From contig NIVC01001587.1 of assembly GCA_002269645.1 (NCBI GenBank), positions 1 through 64,000 of the forward strand: 64,000 nt of DNA, in the 5' to 3' direction. Both the position numbers and the translations under genes were made by a program. Position 1 is the stretch's first letter. Each line of letters starts with the position of its first letter. Source of the DNA: Macrostomum lignano (taxonomy: Eukaryota). The notes beneath the pieces are model-generated. The model saw nothing but the letters and a program-made list of their open reading frames with translations. It was not told the DNA's origin and ran no database searches. Positions 33,660 through 46,200 of this stretch are shown here, piece after piece.

Positions 33660-34830
33660 ATGTACAGCTGACCACTAGAGGGCAGTGTTGTTCCAGGCAA
33701 GGTGGTGATCGAGACGGAAACAGTCCATTTCGGCGACAAGTCATTTCGGCGACAACCATTTCGGCGACAAGTCATTTCGGCGACAACCATTTCGGCGACA
33801 ATACTTTTGAAGTCGTGGAACAAATTTATTTTATTTATATATTTTTTTACTTTTATTTAAATCGAATAAAAGAAGTCACAAATCCGTCAAATCGGCAGAT
33901 GCGCGGAACAAATCGGCAACAAATGTAAGTAAAAGATTAAAAGTAAGATTAGTAGTAGTAGTAGTAAGTTGGCTCAGGCAAGAAGCCTGTTTGGCCAATA
34001 TATTTCTGTGTATAGTGTATTTAAGGTTACTTCAGGAATAGGAGACAATATTTTAGCACTAGTTATTTAATTATGATTAGTACGAGTTTTGCAATATGGT
34101 ATTTTAAAAGAACGCGGAAATGTTATTAACGATACTTGGACGACTAACGAAGCGAAAGAAAAAGCAAGGTGTTAAAAAAGTATTGCGTGAAATTTATGTA
34201 TGTAGTTGGTGGTATTGCACGAATCAGCTTAGTCCTTACGTTATAAAAGTAAATTTATATAGATATTAATTAGATGACAACAAAATTGAATACAATATAA
34301 AATTTGAAAGAGCGTGAAAAACGAACGAAAAATGAACAAAAACGAACTTCGAAAGAACTTTACGTTAATTACGTTAATTACGTTACGTTAAGATTAAAAG
34401 TAAAAGACTTTTATTTAAATCGAATAAAAGAAGTCACAAATCCGTCAAATCGGCAGATGCGCGGAACAAATCGGCAACAAATGTAAGTAAAAGATGTAAG
34501 TAAAAGACTGTAAGTAACTCGATGTTTGTCGCCGAAGTGGTTGTCGCCGAAATGACTTGTCGCCAAAATGGTTGTCGCCGAAATGACTTGTCGCCGAAAT
34601 AGACCGGATTCATCGAGACTATCCTGCTGTACACTGTCAAGACCTGGATGCTAATGAAGTTGCTTGAGCAACAAGTTGACACAGCACACGCTGGCCTGCT
34701 GCGTGCCGCCTTCAAGTTAAGATCGCCTACGCGAGTGACTAACGCGGCTTTTGTATCACCGCGCCGACCTGTTCCATCCAAGCAACCTGCTGCACTGTCA
34801 TACATGACCACATTCATATATTGTATATAA
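33660..34830 (+). pseudogene. Decayed RTE-type non-LTR retrotransposon RT C-terminal fragment, split by the TIR element
   Basis: Removing the insertion and one TSD gives LFQA/VVIETILLYTVKTWMLMKLLEQQVDTAHAGLLRAAFKL...RVTNA, like the RTE motif LF.A.VESILLYG.ETW.L.K.LE..LD..Y..LLR.AL....VTN. Contains a frameshift. Confidence 0.65.
33716..34611. mobile_element. Non-autonomous TIR DNA transposon with internally repeated TIRs and 8-bp TSD
   Basis: The left end has five ATTTCGGCGACAA subrepeats, mirrored at the right end. ATCGAGAC lies at 33708-33715 and 34612-34619. Internal ~100-bp direct duplication (~33846-33935 and ~34408-34495). Confidence 0.85.
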
Positions 34831-35179
34831 TGGCTTGATTTGGAATGCTTTCTATATGTATGTTTTGCAAATAGAGGACCCGGCCACTTTAAGCGTTATC
34901 TTTGGTCTGGGTTCTCCCACTACATATACTACTTCTTAATTAACTTCTGCATTCAAAATTTAACATATACAAATGTGTAACACAGGATGTCAACCCCGTC
35001 GTGCTGCACACATTTCAAACACATGAGCGCATTATATTTTGTACGCTTGTACATGTACAAGTGTACAACAGAGACGCATTGTTTGAAAGCCGGCAGATGT
35101 TGCAGAAGGGTATGAATATTAATTAGCCTGTCGACTTAGGCATTTCAGGGCTCAGTTTTACCTTTTTGCAGCTGCGGGG

Positions 35180-35360
35180 GGTAGTTTATTGGCAGTTGAC
35201 AAAGTGACCAATGTTGGAACACTTCCTGTTGGCCAGTTGATGAAGTGACTGAGGTTTGAGATCACTTTATTGGCTAGTTGACAAAATGACCAGTGATAAA
35301 ACCGAGTTGATGAAATGGCCAGTTGATGAAACGCCAGTTGACGAAATGACTAGGATCCAT
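35180..35360. mobile_element. Probable single TIR remnant with GTTGATGAAATG subrepeats
   Basis: Repeated AGTTGAYRAARTGRC motifs ending GACTAGGATCC; no partner end found. Confidence 0.35.
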
Positions 35361-36700
35361 TATTAGATCAGATATAACACTTTACCTTAAGTAAAAACTT
35401 ATTTTTTTTATTGTTGATCAAAATTGCTAGAAAAAAAAAAAATAAATTATTAGGCCTAGCCAGTTGAAAATGGGACATTGTCATAGGTTGCAATTCAAAG
35501 GTGTAGGCACAAATGCTACCTGTTGGCAATGTTTGAGGCACTGGCATTAGCCAATAGGTAGTTAACAAAATTCTGAGTGCATGCTTGCCTTTGTCAATAA
35601 AGTGCTTGCAACATTAGCAGCAGCATAGCATCTCCTATATTAGCCATTTAGCCTAGTTGTAAATAGTATATCTCAATTTAGATAGGCCTTAATATGGCTT
35701 GCTAGCTAGAGTTGCTGATAATACAATAATTTGCTAAGATAGAACAAGCTAGGGGCCTAATATAGATTATAGTAATAGAGTGCAATATTGGTAGGGCCTA
35801 ACTTACTTATAACCAATTATGAAGGCATGCAGTAGGCCAATGTATACTATATTATATCAACTAAGCCTAATGGCTCATTCCATATAAGCATGGTCGTAAC
35901 ATGACAGGCTATTTTTACTTATAAAATGAAATATAATAATAGAATATACTAAACCAATATTTTAAATGAAAGATAATTTTGTCAAAAATATTTTTATAGA
36001 GTTTCATGTAGATATCATCATTAGTATAGATGCTATTAAACCTTGAATGGCACTTATGGTCGTAACAACAGGATTTTTGACATATAGAAACTAAAAGGTA
36101 AAAGTCTTATAACATTTTTATTTTTGATATTTTGCAATACATTTTTTAAAATTTGACTAAGAACATCTTTAGTAATCATACTCTTTTTGTAGAATATATA
36201 AACTCAAAAAGGCAACAAAGATACAAAAGAAAAGGCAGCCTTATGGTCGTAACATTATGGTCGTAACATATTTTTTTCTGTCAATTCAGTAACTTTGAGG
36301 TACCAATATATTAAAAATATAATAGATTATTTGGTCACCAATACTTTTATCTGATGATGCAAGTACTATACTTTTATCTATAGTTTGTTTCAACCTTCCA
36401 AAGCTTTCTATTTGTTTTTAAAAGGTACACAAACTTAATGATGTCTTTTGCTTAGAAAAATGTCTAAATTTTTACAAAAATGACTTTTTGCCACTTGATA
36501 GCATACTAATCTAACATTTTATCATTCATTTATTCTTAGATTGTAGATATTACACATAAAAAACATTTGGTAAAAAAAATAGCTGATAAGGCAATAGCAA
36601 GCAAAAATATTGACTTTTTTCTATTTTCCAAAAATGTCCATCTTATATGGAATGAGCCTAAATCAATCTGCTATTTAAGCAATTCTATCATTGTCAATAT

Positions 36701-36877
36701 CAGGGGTGGACCTAGGATTTTATTGAGGGGGGGGGCAAGCCTCATGTCTGGTTAGGCCAGAGCTGCAATTAGGGTACCATGATACCAATACAGCATGATA
36801 CCAATACATCTGAGGATTTTTTGGCAGAGCTGAGGGGGGGCCATGGCCCCCTTGGCCCCTCCCTCGGTCCGCCCTTG
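36701..36877. mobile_element. hAT-type MITE
   Basis: TIRs CAGGGGTGGACC...GGTCCGCCCTTG; perfect 8-bp TSD GTCAATAT at 36693-36700 and 36878-36885. Confidence 0.9.
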
Positions 36878-39315
36878 GTCAATATCCAGGTCCTAACATT
36901 ATAAAATAAAACAATCTTGATCACTGCCTGGAGCAATGCCACTTTCTAATAGGCCTTAGTCAGACAGGGCCTTAGATTATTAGATAGCCTTCAAGGAACA
37001 AAAAGCAGCCTAGCCTAGGCAAGTCCATAGCTATGTTGCAAGTCCTTGTGAATGTTAGGTACCAGACTACTAAGGTAGAAAAATTGGTAACAATGTAGAA
37101 GCCTTGTCACCTGTCTGTTAGCACCTTAGCAAAATATTTTAGCCTCAATGCTAGCATACAGAGCATAATGGTTTTCTGCATGCTTTGACTATTATACGAG
37201 TACCAATGCTCATCACAATGTTTATTAGCCAGTCTAGCTAGCACTAGTTGCCCTCAATGGTTGAAACAGCAAGGCAAGATCATTAGCATAGCCAAATATG
37301 CTAAGCTGCCTCTCTAATTGTCATTGACCTAGACTCCATTGCTGCAGCATGAAGTTGTCATCATTAGAAAGGAGAGCAGTCTATAGCACCTAGTCCAAGT
37401 ACTAAGACCATACATGTGCAACCCCCCTTGATTTACATTGGCAATGCTACTTACTTTTTTTTACCAAAAAATGTGACTTACTTAAGAAAGAAACCTTAAA
37501 GCAAAAATTAATGCAATTTTGGATAAATAGCAAAAGTAACATTGACTGTCTTATTAAGGCTAAATGCCTCATCATCTAATTTGTACTATATCTGTATTTT
37601 TTAAATAGGCATTTTTGCAACTTACCTCTAAGTCTATCACAATTTACAGTGGCGAGATTAGCTAGGTTGGCCAGTTGCAAATGTATAACTAAGACAAACC
37701 ACAGATATTAGTAGAATAACTATTATTCTAGTATCTAAGGGAAAAATAAGAAAAGCACAAAAATATCTATCTTCCTGCCTAAAGCATCCTAGAGGATTTC
37801 TCAAAGAAATCCAATAGGCTATCCAGTATTAGCACAATAGCATTTATGTCACAATATAGCACCATAATAATGGAAATTGCCATATTTCAGATATACCCTT
37901 TTTGGCAATATGGTTAGGCCAATGGCATAAAAAAGAAACATGTGGTTCATAAAAAATATTAAAAAAATAGTTCATAGCCTAAAAAGCTTCAAATAAGTTT
38001 TATTAGCCTATGAATGACTTAGATGGGATATTCCTAGTTTATTTAAGCATGCAAGTAGTCAGTATTGTTGAGTGCAAAAGCCAAGCAATTATTCTTAAAT
38101 ATATAAAATGGCATAGTGTTCTATAGCTAGCCTAAAGTATCTATTTATCTTGGCTATTTGCCATATTAGAATATTTATTTTAAGAGGGCATAATAAAACC
38201 AATTTGATAAGAAGGATAAATATAATATATTATTAGTTACTCTAATTAAGCCTAAAGATCATACATGTATAGTGCAACCTTGGGAATCACCTAGCTATCT
38301 CTATTGGTAATATACCCATGAAAGTCACTATTGGCTAAGAGCAGTCATGTGAATACTATTCTGTCCAATAGCAGCTTACATGTATATGTTGCCAATAGAA
38401 ATGGCCAAATGAATCTAGGTTGTACCCAAGCATGCTAAGTATATAAATAGATAAATAACTTTTAAATCTTGTCATTTTCAGCTTATGTCATTTCATTCAA
38501 TTTTTTGCAAAAGGCAATAGGGGTCTATATCTCTGAAAAATTAAGATTTGTAGGTCTATTAATATAGGAATAAACTTAGAAGTTAGGTCCTAGACAACTA
38601 AGACAACTTCTAGTATAATTATTTAAGTTGATATCTATCTATCTACTATACCTAGAGCTAGGACCTAATACCTAGGCCTATGTTAAATGTTTGGCTAAAA
38701 ACTGTATTAAGAACATTGCTTTGTTATCTTCAATCATTGAGGATAGCAGATAGCACATAGGTAGACTAGTTGCTTTTGCAAATATTTATTTGTATGTATA
38801 ATGATAAAACTTATAAGAATTATAAAATTGTCATGATTTATATGCTAGACAATGTTAAAGCTATAATTTTCTAAGTGCTATAAGTGCTATTTCTACTTTT
38901 GAGATTTCAATAGTTTTATTTATATATTGGTTGTCTGGTTCCCAACACTTTCAACTATCTATAATATCATTGTTTCCATTATGGGCTACGTTACATTCTA
39001 TGAGGCAGACCTAGTCTAAATCTCTACCTGACTAACAAAGAATACTGTATAGCATTGTTCTAAGTCTATAGTTGAGACTTTCTTGCTATATATATAATGC
39101 AAAGATCCAAACTCTAATAGACTTGCTGAAGCACTGAGTTGTACTGCCCATTGCTAGTATAGAAGTTCTTTTCTGTTTGACTTGGTTTGTCAATGGTGTT
39201 AGGGGCTATGTCCCAAGGCACAGAGATGAAGATAGAATGTGCTCAATAGTGTCTTTAGCATTGCAGAAGTCACAAAGGCTGGTTTCCCGAGGCCGAGACG
39301 TTGCTAGATCTAGAT

Positions 39316-39565
39316 CTAGGGTTGGCAAACTCTGGCCTGCAAAGCCTTTCTATCTGGCCCTTGGGTTCTTTAAAACTTCACAATAGCAATTGGACCCACT
39401 CAGGGCTTGTGTCTTTTCTCAGTTCCCTTTTCAAATCTCCTCTCTCTCTCTCTCTTCTTGTTTCTCTCATCTCTTCGCTCCGCTCTTCTCATCCCTCCTC
39501 TGGCGCGCAGTCATGTGCTAGGTTCTCCATCTGACCCTTGATGTAAAAAAGTTTTTTAACCCCTG
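39316..39565. mobile_element. hAT-type MITE
   Basis: Imperfect TIRs CTAGGGTTGGCAAACT / AGTTTTTTAACCCCTG; near-perfect 8-bp TSD ATCTAGAT / ATCTGGAT. Confidence 0.65.
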
Positions 39566-40240
39566 ATCTGGATGGACAGGATGCTGACCCTAGCCTAGAG
39601 CTGGTTTTGGTTCACCACAGCCTGCTCTCAGGCGGGACCTAGCTGTCCTTAGTGTTATGGAAGTGCAGCCCAACTATTCTGTTGTTAATATTGAATCATG
39701 CAGTCTATGTCTAGACAGAGGGCAGCTTTGGTGCAGTCAATGGTGATGCTGACCTCCACCTGACAATGTGGCAGCCTCAGCCACTGTTGGTTGCTGTCGC
39801 CTGGTACTAACAGTACAGAAGTGACCACATTCTGGTGCTGAAGGGGAATGTTTTGCTGCTGAAACCGCAAGTATCAGCAGCGTGATTTATTATTACCATT
39901 GTTAAATGCAACAGCCAGTATAATACATGAAGCTGTTATATTTAGCAGATATTTAGAAAATTGTAGAAACAGAAATTATACTCGCATAATGGCAACATGA
40001 CACTAGTCTATCACTCATACTCTACCCTGCATATACTGAAGTGCCGGCACCCAAGGTGACAAATTCAAGCCTTGCTTCTGTGCAAGTTTAACTGCCAAAT
40101 ATATTTTAGACTACATCCTGCTCTTTAGTGTCGGCCAATTAAAAGTTAAACACTTGTCATTTGTACGCTGTCTAAACTTATCAATAAAAGTGCATACAAG
40201 AACTGCTTGTACTATATTGCAGCTTAGCCAGAATCTATAG

Positions 40241-43200
40241 ATGGCTACCTCCGGTGCGAGTGGGGATGCTGGTGCCAGCGGATCCGGGTAATTTGCTGTT
40301 AGGCATTTTATTTTTATCGATTTATTTTGCCTTTTAGAAGCAGTCTGTTGCATTATTGAACCAATTTCAAATTTTAGATCTGGGCCTAGCTATCAACCAA
40401 ATAAAGGCTGCAACAGACTCAAGCTCAAGTTGATGAGGCAAGTGGTTAATACTCATATTGTATTAGACTGTTAGAGTTAGTAATTGTTCTTTAGGTACAG
40501 CTTCACGCCTTCCACCTCCCCGCCAGGTTGTCGGCATTATGCGCGTCAATGTTGAAAAAGTGATGCAACGCGATGAAAAGATTTCTGACTTGAATGAGCG
40601 AGCTGGTAAGTGGCTAATTTACACTTTCAAAACCTACCGCTGTGTTCCTACCGTTATGTCTTCTCTATGCAATTTTGTTATTACCCTATTTATGATAAAC
40701 ATTGGCGCTAACCTTCACTTACTTTCGCACTACTGGAAGAATATCTTTGGCCCTGTTAATCAATGTTGTCTTTTTCATTTTAATTAGCTGTTTCTTTATT
40801 TGTGTTGTCTTTGCTAATTATTGCGTACCTGCTGTTAACTAGGCCACCCCCTACTTATAGTAGTTTGCAGCTTAAACAGAATCAATCAATGACCAGAAAG
40901 CATCAGTGAGATTCCTCATCTCATCCTGTACCAGAAGGAATAAGTGAGATTCCTCATCTCATTCTGTACCGGAAGGAATTAGTGAGATTCCTCATCTCAT
41001 TCTGTACCGGAAGGAATTAGTGAGATTCCTCATCTCATTCTGTACCAGAAGGAATTAGTGAGATTCCTCATCTCATTCTGTACCGGAAGGAATTAGTGAG
41101 ATTCCTCATCTCATTCTGTACCAGAAGGAATTAGTGAGATTCCTCATCTCATTCTGTACCAGAAGGAATTAGTGAGATTCCTCATCTCATTCTGTACCGG
41201 AAGGAATTAGTGAGATTCCTCATCTCATTCTGTACCAGAAGGAATTAGTGAGATTCCTCATCTCATTCTGTACCAGAAGGAATTTCTGAGATTCCTCATC
41301 TCATCCTGTACCAGAATGGATGAGTCGGTGAGATTTCTCATTTCATCCTGTACCAGAATCAGTGAGATTTCTCATCCTGTCCAAGGCAAAACGAATGCCC
41401 CTTGTCATTTGCACCAAGACTATAATATGTACCAAGACTAAACCTCGCTTACCGGCTGCACCGCACGCCTCAGACGCCCTTCAGGCTGGCGCCTCCCGCT
41501 TTGAAGCCAGCGCCGGCCGTCTAAAACGAAAGTATTGGTGGCAAAACACCAAGGTACTGTGCTGCGAGTTGCCCGGCATGACTTTGAGTCGCTAATGCTG
41601 ATTTAAGAGAGTAGAGAGTTAAATGATTGGCTGGGTTTTTGCGATTTTTTTAAACTACCAATTTATAAATTTTATCCGATCAACTGATTAAATGAGAATC
41701 ATTGTTGACTTCCAACCTGCTTGATTATTCTTGGCTAACACCCTCCTAGATCTTCGAAAATCCGAATTCTTCAGCATCTTAAATTAGAATAAGCAGCCAA
41801 CATCTCATCTCCTCAGTTGCTGGGCCAGCCTCCCGGATCCTCAGTTGCTGGTCCAGCCTCCCAGGATCCTCAGTTGCTGGTCCAGTCTCCCAGATCCTCA
41901 GTTGCTGGTCAGTCTCCCAGATCGTCAGTTGCTGGACCATCCTCTCAGATCCTCAGGTGCTGGTCCATCCTCTCAGATCCTCAGTTGCTGGGCCAGCCTC
42001 CCAGAACCTCAGTTGCTGGTCTAGCCTCCCGGATCCTCAGTTGCTGGTCCAGTCTCCCAGATCCTCAGTTGCTGGGCCAGCCTCGCAGATCCTCAGTTGC
42101 TGGTCCAGTCTCCCAGATCCTCAGTTGCTGGGCCAGCCTCGCAGATCCTCAGTTGCTGGTCCAGCCTCCCAGATCCTCAGTTGCTGGTCCAGCCTCCCAG
42201 GATCCTCAGTTGCTGGTCCAGTCTCCCAGATCCTCAGTTGCTGGTCCAGTCTCCCAGATCGTCAGTTGCTGGGCCAACCTCCCGGATCCTCAGTTGCTGG
42301 TCCAGCCTCCCAGATCCTCAGTTGCTGGTCCAGCCTCCCAGATCCTCAGTTGCTGGTCCAGCCTCCCAGGATCCTCAGTTGCTGGTCCAGTCTCCCAGAT
42401 CCTCAGTTGCTGGTCCAGTCTCCCAGATCGTCAGTTGCTGGGCCAACCTCCCGGATCCTCAGTTGCTGGTCCAGCCTCCCAGATCCTCAGTTGCTGGTCC
42501 AGCCTCCCAGGATCCTCAGTTGCTGGTCCAGTCTCCCAGATCCTCAGTTGCTGGTCCAGTCTCCCAGATCGTCAGTTGCTGGACCATCCTCTCAGATCCT
42601 CAGGTGCTGGTCCATCCTCTCAGATCCTCAGTTGCTGGGCCAGCCTCCCAGAACCTCAGTTGCTGGTCTAGCCTCCCGGATCCTCAGTTGCTGGTCCAGT
42701 CTCCCAGATCCTCAGTTGCTGGGCCAGCCTCGCAGATCCTCAGTTGCTGGTCCAGTCTCCCAGATCCTCAGTTGCTGGGCCAGCCTCGCAGATCCTCAGT
42801 TGCTGGGCCGCCCTTCAGATCCCCAGATTGAGCAACCAACATCGCAGATCCTAAACAGTAGTTAATTCTGTCCTATAATCGAGAAATTGTGTATGATGCA
42901 GCCTTGCAGTACATTGCTTTGCTTCGATTGATTGCATTTTATCAACCATTTATACCTGCAATTAGCATGCTCACTGAACAAACCAATATCAATGGTTATT
43001 CAGCATAAAGTTCTACACTGATTTGCATTGCATTTTGCCACTAACAGACACTCTGCGCATTGGGACGCAACAATTTTCTAATGTTGCCACCAAAATGAAA
43101 CGAAAATACTGCTGGCAGAATGCCAAGGTTGCTCAATGCTTTTTATATACATATAACATGCTTTTGAGTTTTGCTAGTAAAAATTAAGACCAAATTGTGT

Positions 43201-46200
43201 GCTGGGTTATCTTGACAGTAATTACTCGAAAAGTAACTCATCTAACCTTGCGTATATCAATGCACTCGTGCTTCTCAAAAATTGTAACCAGGAATTTTTT
43301 ATTTAACTTTTATCTGTACCCCGGCGCATATATTTTATGTATGACCTGAATTGTCACGGGAAGTTAACACCAGCTAAAGCCCTACAAAATGTAAAAAAGC
43401 ATTGCAGTTATTTTTCACTCTGAAGATTTCACAAAATACAGAAATTTTCTGTTTAGATTGCGTGGGCTGCCAGCCTCCCAGATCCTCAGTTGCTGGGCCA
43501 GTCTCCCGGATCCTCAGTTGCTGGTCCAGTCTCCCAGATCCTCAGTTGCTGGGCCAGCCTCCCAGATCCTCAGTTGCTGGGCCAGCCTCCCAGATCCTCA
43601 GTTGCTGGGCCAGCCTCCCAGATCCTCAGTTGCTGGGCCAGCCTCTCAGATCCTCAGTTGCTGGTCCAGCCTCTCAGATCCTCAGTTACTGGGCCAGCCT
43701 CCCAGATCCTCAGTTGCTGGTCCAGCCTTCCAGATCCTCAGTTGCTGGGCCAGCCTCCCAGATCCTCAGTTACTGGGCCAGCCTCTCAGATCCTCAGTTG
43801 CTGGGCCAGCCTCTCAGATCCTCAGTTGCTGGGCCAGCCTTCCAGATCCTCAGTTGCTGGGCCAGCCTCCCAGATCCTCAGTTGCTGGGCCAGCCTCTCA
43901 GATCCTCAGTTGCTGGGCCAGCCTTCCAGATCCTCAGTTGCTGGGCCAGCCTCCCAGATCCTCAGTTGCTGGGCCAGCCTCCCAGATCCTCAGTTGCTGG
44001 GCCAGCCTCCCAGATCCTCAGTTGCTGGGCCAGCCTCCCAGATCCCCAGTTGCTGGGCCAGCCTCCCAGATCCTCAGTTGCTGGGCCAGCCTCCCAGATC
44101 CCCAGTTGCTGGGCCAGCCTCCCAGATCCTCAGTTGCTGGTCCAGCCTTCCAGATCCTCAGTTGCTGGGCCAGCCTCTCAGATCCCCAGTTGCTGGGCCA
44201 GCCCTCCAGGTCCTCAGTTGCTGGGCCAGCCTCTCAGATCCCCAGTTGCTGGGCCAGCCTCTCAGATCCTCAGTTGCTGGGCCAGCCTCTCAGATCCCCA
44301 GTTGCTGGGCCAGCCTCTCAGATCCTCAGTTGCTGGGCCAGCCTCCCAGATCCTCAGTTGCTGGGCCAGCCTCTCAGATCCCCAGTTGCTGGGCCAGCCT
44401 CTCAGATCCTCAGTTGCTGGGCCAGCCTTCCAGATCCTCAGTTGCTGGGCCAGCCTCCCAGATCCTCAGTTACTGGGCCAGCCTCTCAGATCCTCAGTTG
44501 CTGGGCCAGCCTTCCAGATCCTCAGTTGCTGGGCCAGCCTCCCAGATCCTCAGTTACTGGGCCAGCCTCTCAGATCCTCAGTTGCTGGGCCAGCCTTCCA
44601 GATCCTCAGTTGCTGGGCCAGCCTCTCAGATCCTCAGTTGCTGGGCCACCCTCTCAGATCCTCAGTTACTGGGCCAGCCTCCCAGATCCTCAGTTGCTGG
44701 TCCAGCCTTCCAGATCCTCAGTTGCTGGGCCAGCCTCCCAGATCCTCAGTTACTGGGCCAGCCTCTCAGATCCTCAGTTGCTGGGCCAGCCTCTCAGATC
44801 CTCAGTTGCTGGGCCAGCCTTCCAGATCCTCAGTTGCTGGGCCAGCCTCCCTGATCCTCAGTTGCTGGGCCAGCCTCTCAGATCCTCAGTTGCTGGGCCA
44901 GCCTTCCAGATCCTCAGTTGCTGGGCCAGCCTCTCAGATCCTCAGTTGCTGGGCCAGCCTCCCAAATCCTCAGTTGCTGGGCCAGCCTCCCAGATCCTCA
45001 GTTGCTGGGCCAGCCTCCCAGATCCCCAGTTGCTGGGCCAGCCTCCCAGATCCTCAGTTGCTGGGCCAGCCTTCCAGATCCTCAGTTGCTGGGCCAGCCT
45101 CCCAGATCCTCAGTTACTGGGCCAGCCTCTCAGATCCTCAGTTGCTGGGCCAGCCTTCCAGATCCTCAGTTGCTGGGCCAGCCTCCCAGATCCTCAGTTA
45201 CTGGGCCAGCCTCTCAGATCCTCAGTTGCTGGGCCAGCCTTCCAGATCCTCAGTTGCTGGGCCAGCCTCTCAGATCCTCAGTTGCTGGGCCACCCTCTCA
45301 GATCCTCAGTTACTGGGCCAGCCTCCCAGATCCTCAGTTGCTGGTCCAGCCTCCCAGATCCTCAGTTGCTGGTCCAGCCTCCCAGATCCTCAGTTGCTGG
45401 TCCAGCCTCATGGATCCTCAGTTGCTGGTCCAGCCTCCCAGATCCTCAGTTGCTGGTCTAGCCTCCCGGATCCTCAGTTGCTGGTCCAGTCTCCCAGATC
45501 CTCAGTTGCTGGTCCAGCCTCTCAAATCCTCAGTTGCTGGTCCAGCCTCCCAGATCGTCAGTTGCTGGGCCGGCCACCCTCTCAGATTCTCAGTTGCTGG
45601 TCCAGCCTCTCAAATCCTCAGTCGGTGGACCACCCTCCCAGATCCTCAGTTGCTGGGACGCCCTCCCAAATCCTTAGTTGCTGGGTCAGCCTCCCAGATC
45701 TCCAGTTACTGGGCCAGCCTCTCAGATCCTCAGTTGCTGGGCCAGCCTTCCAGATCCTCAGTTGCTGGGCCAGCCTCCCAGTTCCTCAGTTGCTGGGCCA
45801 GCCTCTCAGATCCTCAGTTGCTGGGCCACCCTCCCAGTTCCTCAGTTGCTGGGCCAGCCTCCCAGTTCCTCAGTTGCTGGGCCAGCCTCCCAGATCCTTA
45901 GTTGCTGGGCCAGCCTCCCAAATCCTCAGTTGCTGGGCCAGTCTCCCAGATCCTCAGTTGCTGGGCCAGCCTCCCAGATCCTCAGTTGCTGGGCCAGCCT
46001 CCCAGATCCTCAGTTGCTGGGCCAGTCTCCCAGATCCTCAGTTGCTGGGCCAGCCTCCCAGATCCTCAGTTGCTGGGCCAGTCTCCCAGATCCTCAGTTG
46101 CTGGGCCAGCCTCCCAGATCCTCAGTTGCTGGGCCAGTCTCCCAGATCCTCAGTTGCTGGGCCAGCCTCCCAGATCCTGATGCACCTGTAAAAAAGCTTT

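Noticed and set aside
40905-41385. CRISPR-like regular 38-bp repeats (also the 25-bp array at 46550 and the 31-bp array at 28750)
   Set aside because: Units are head-to-tail with no unique spacers, there are no cas genes, and the context is a eukaryotic intron.
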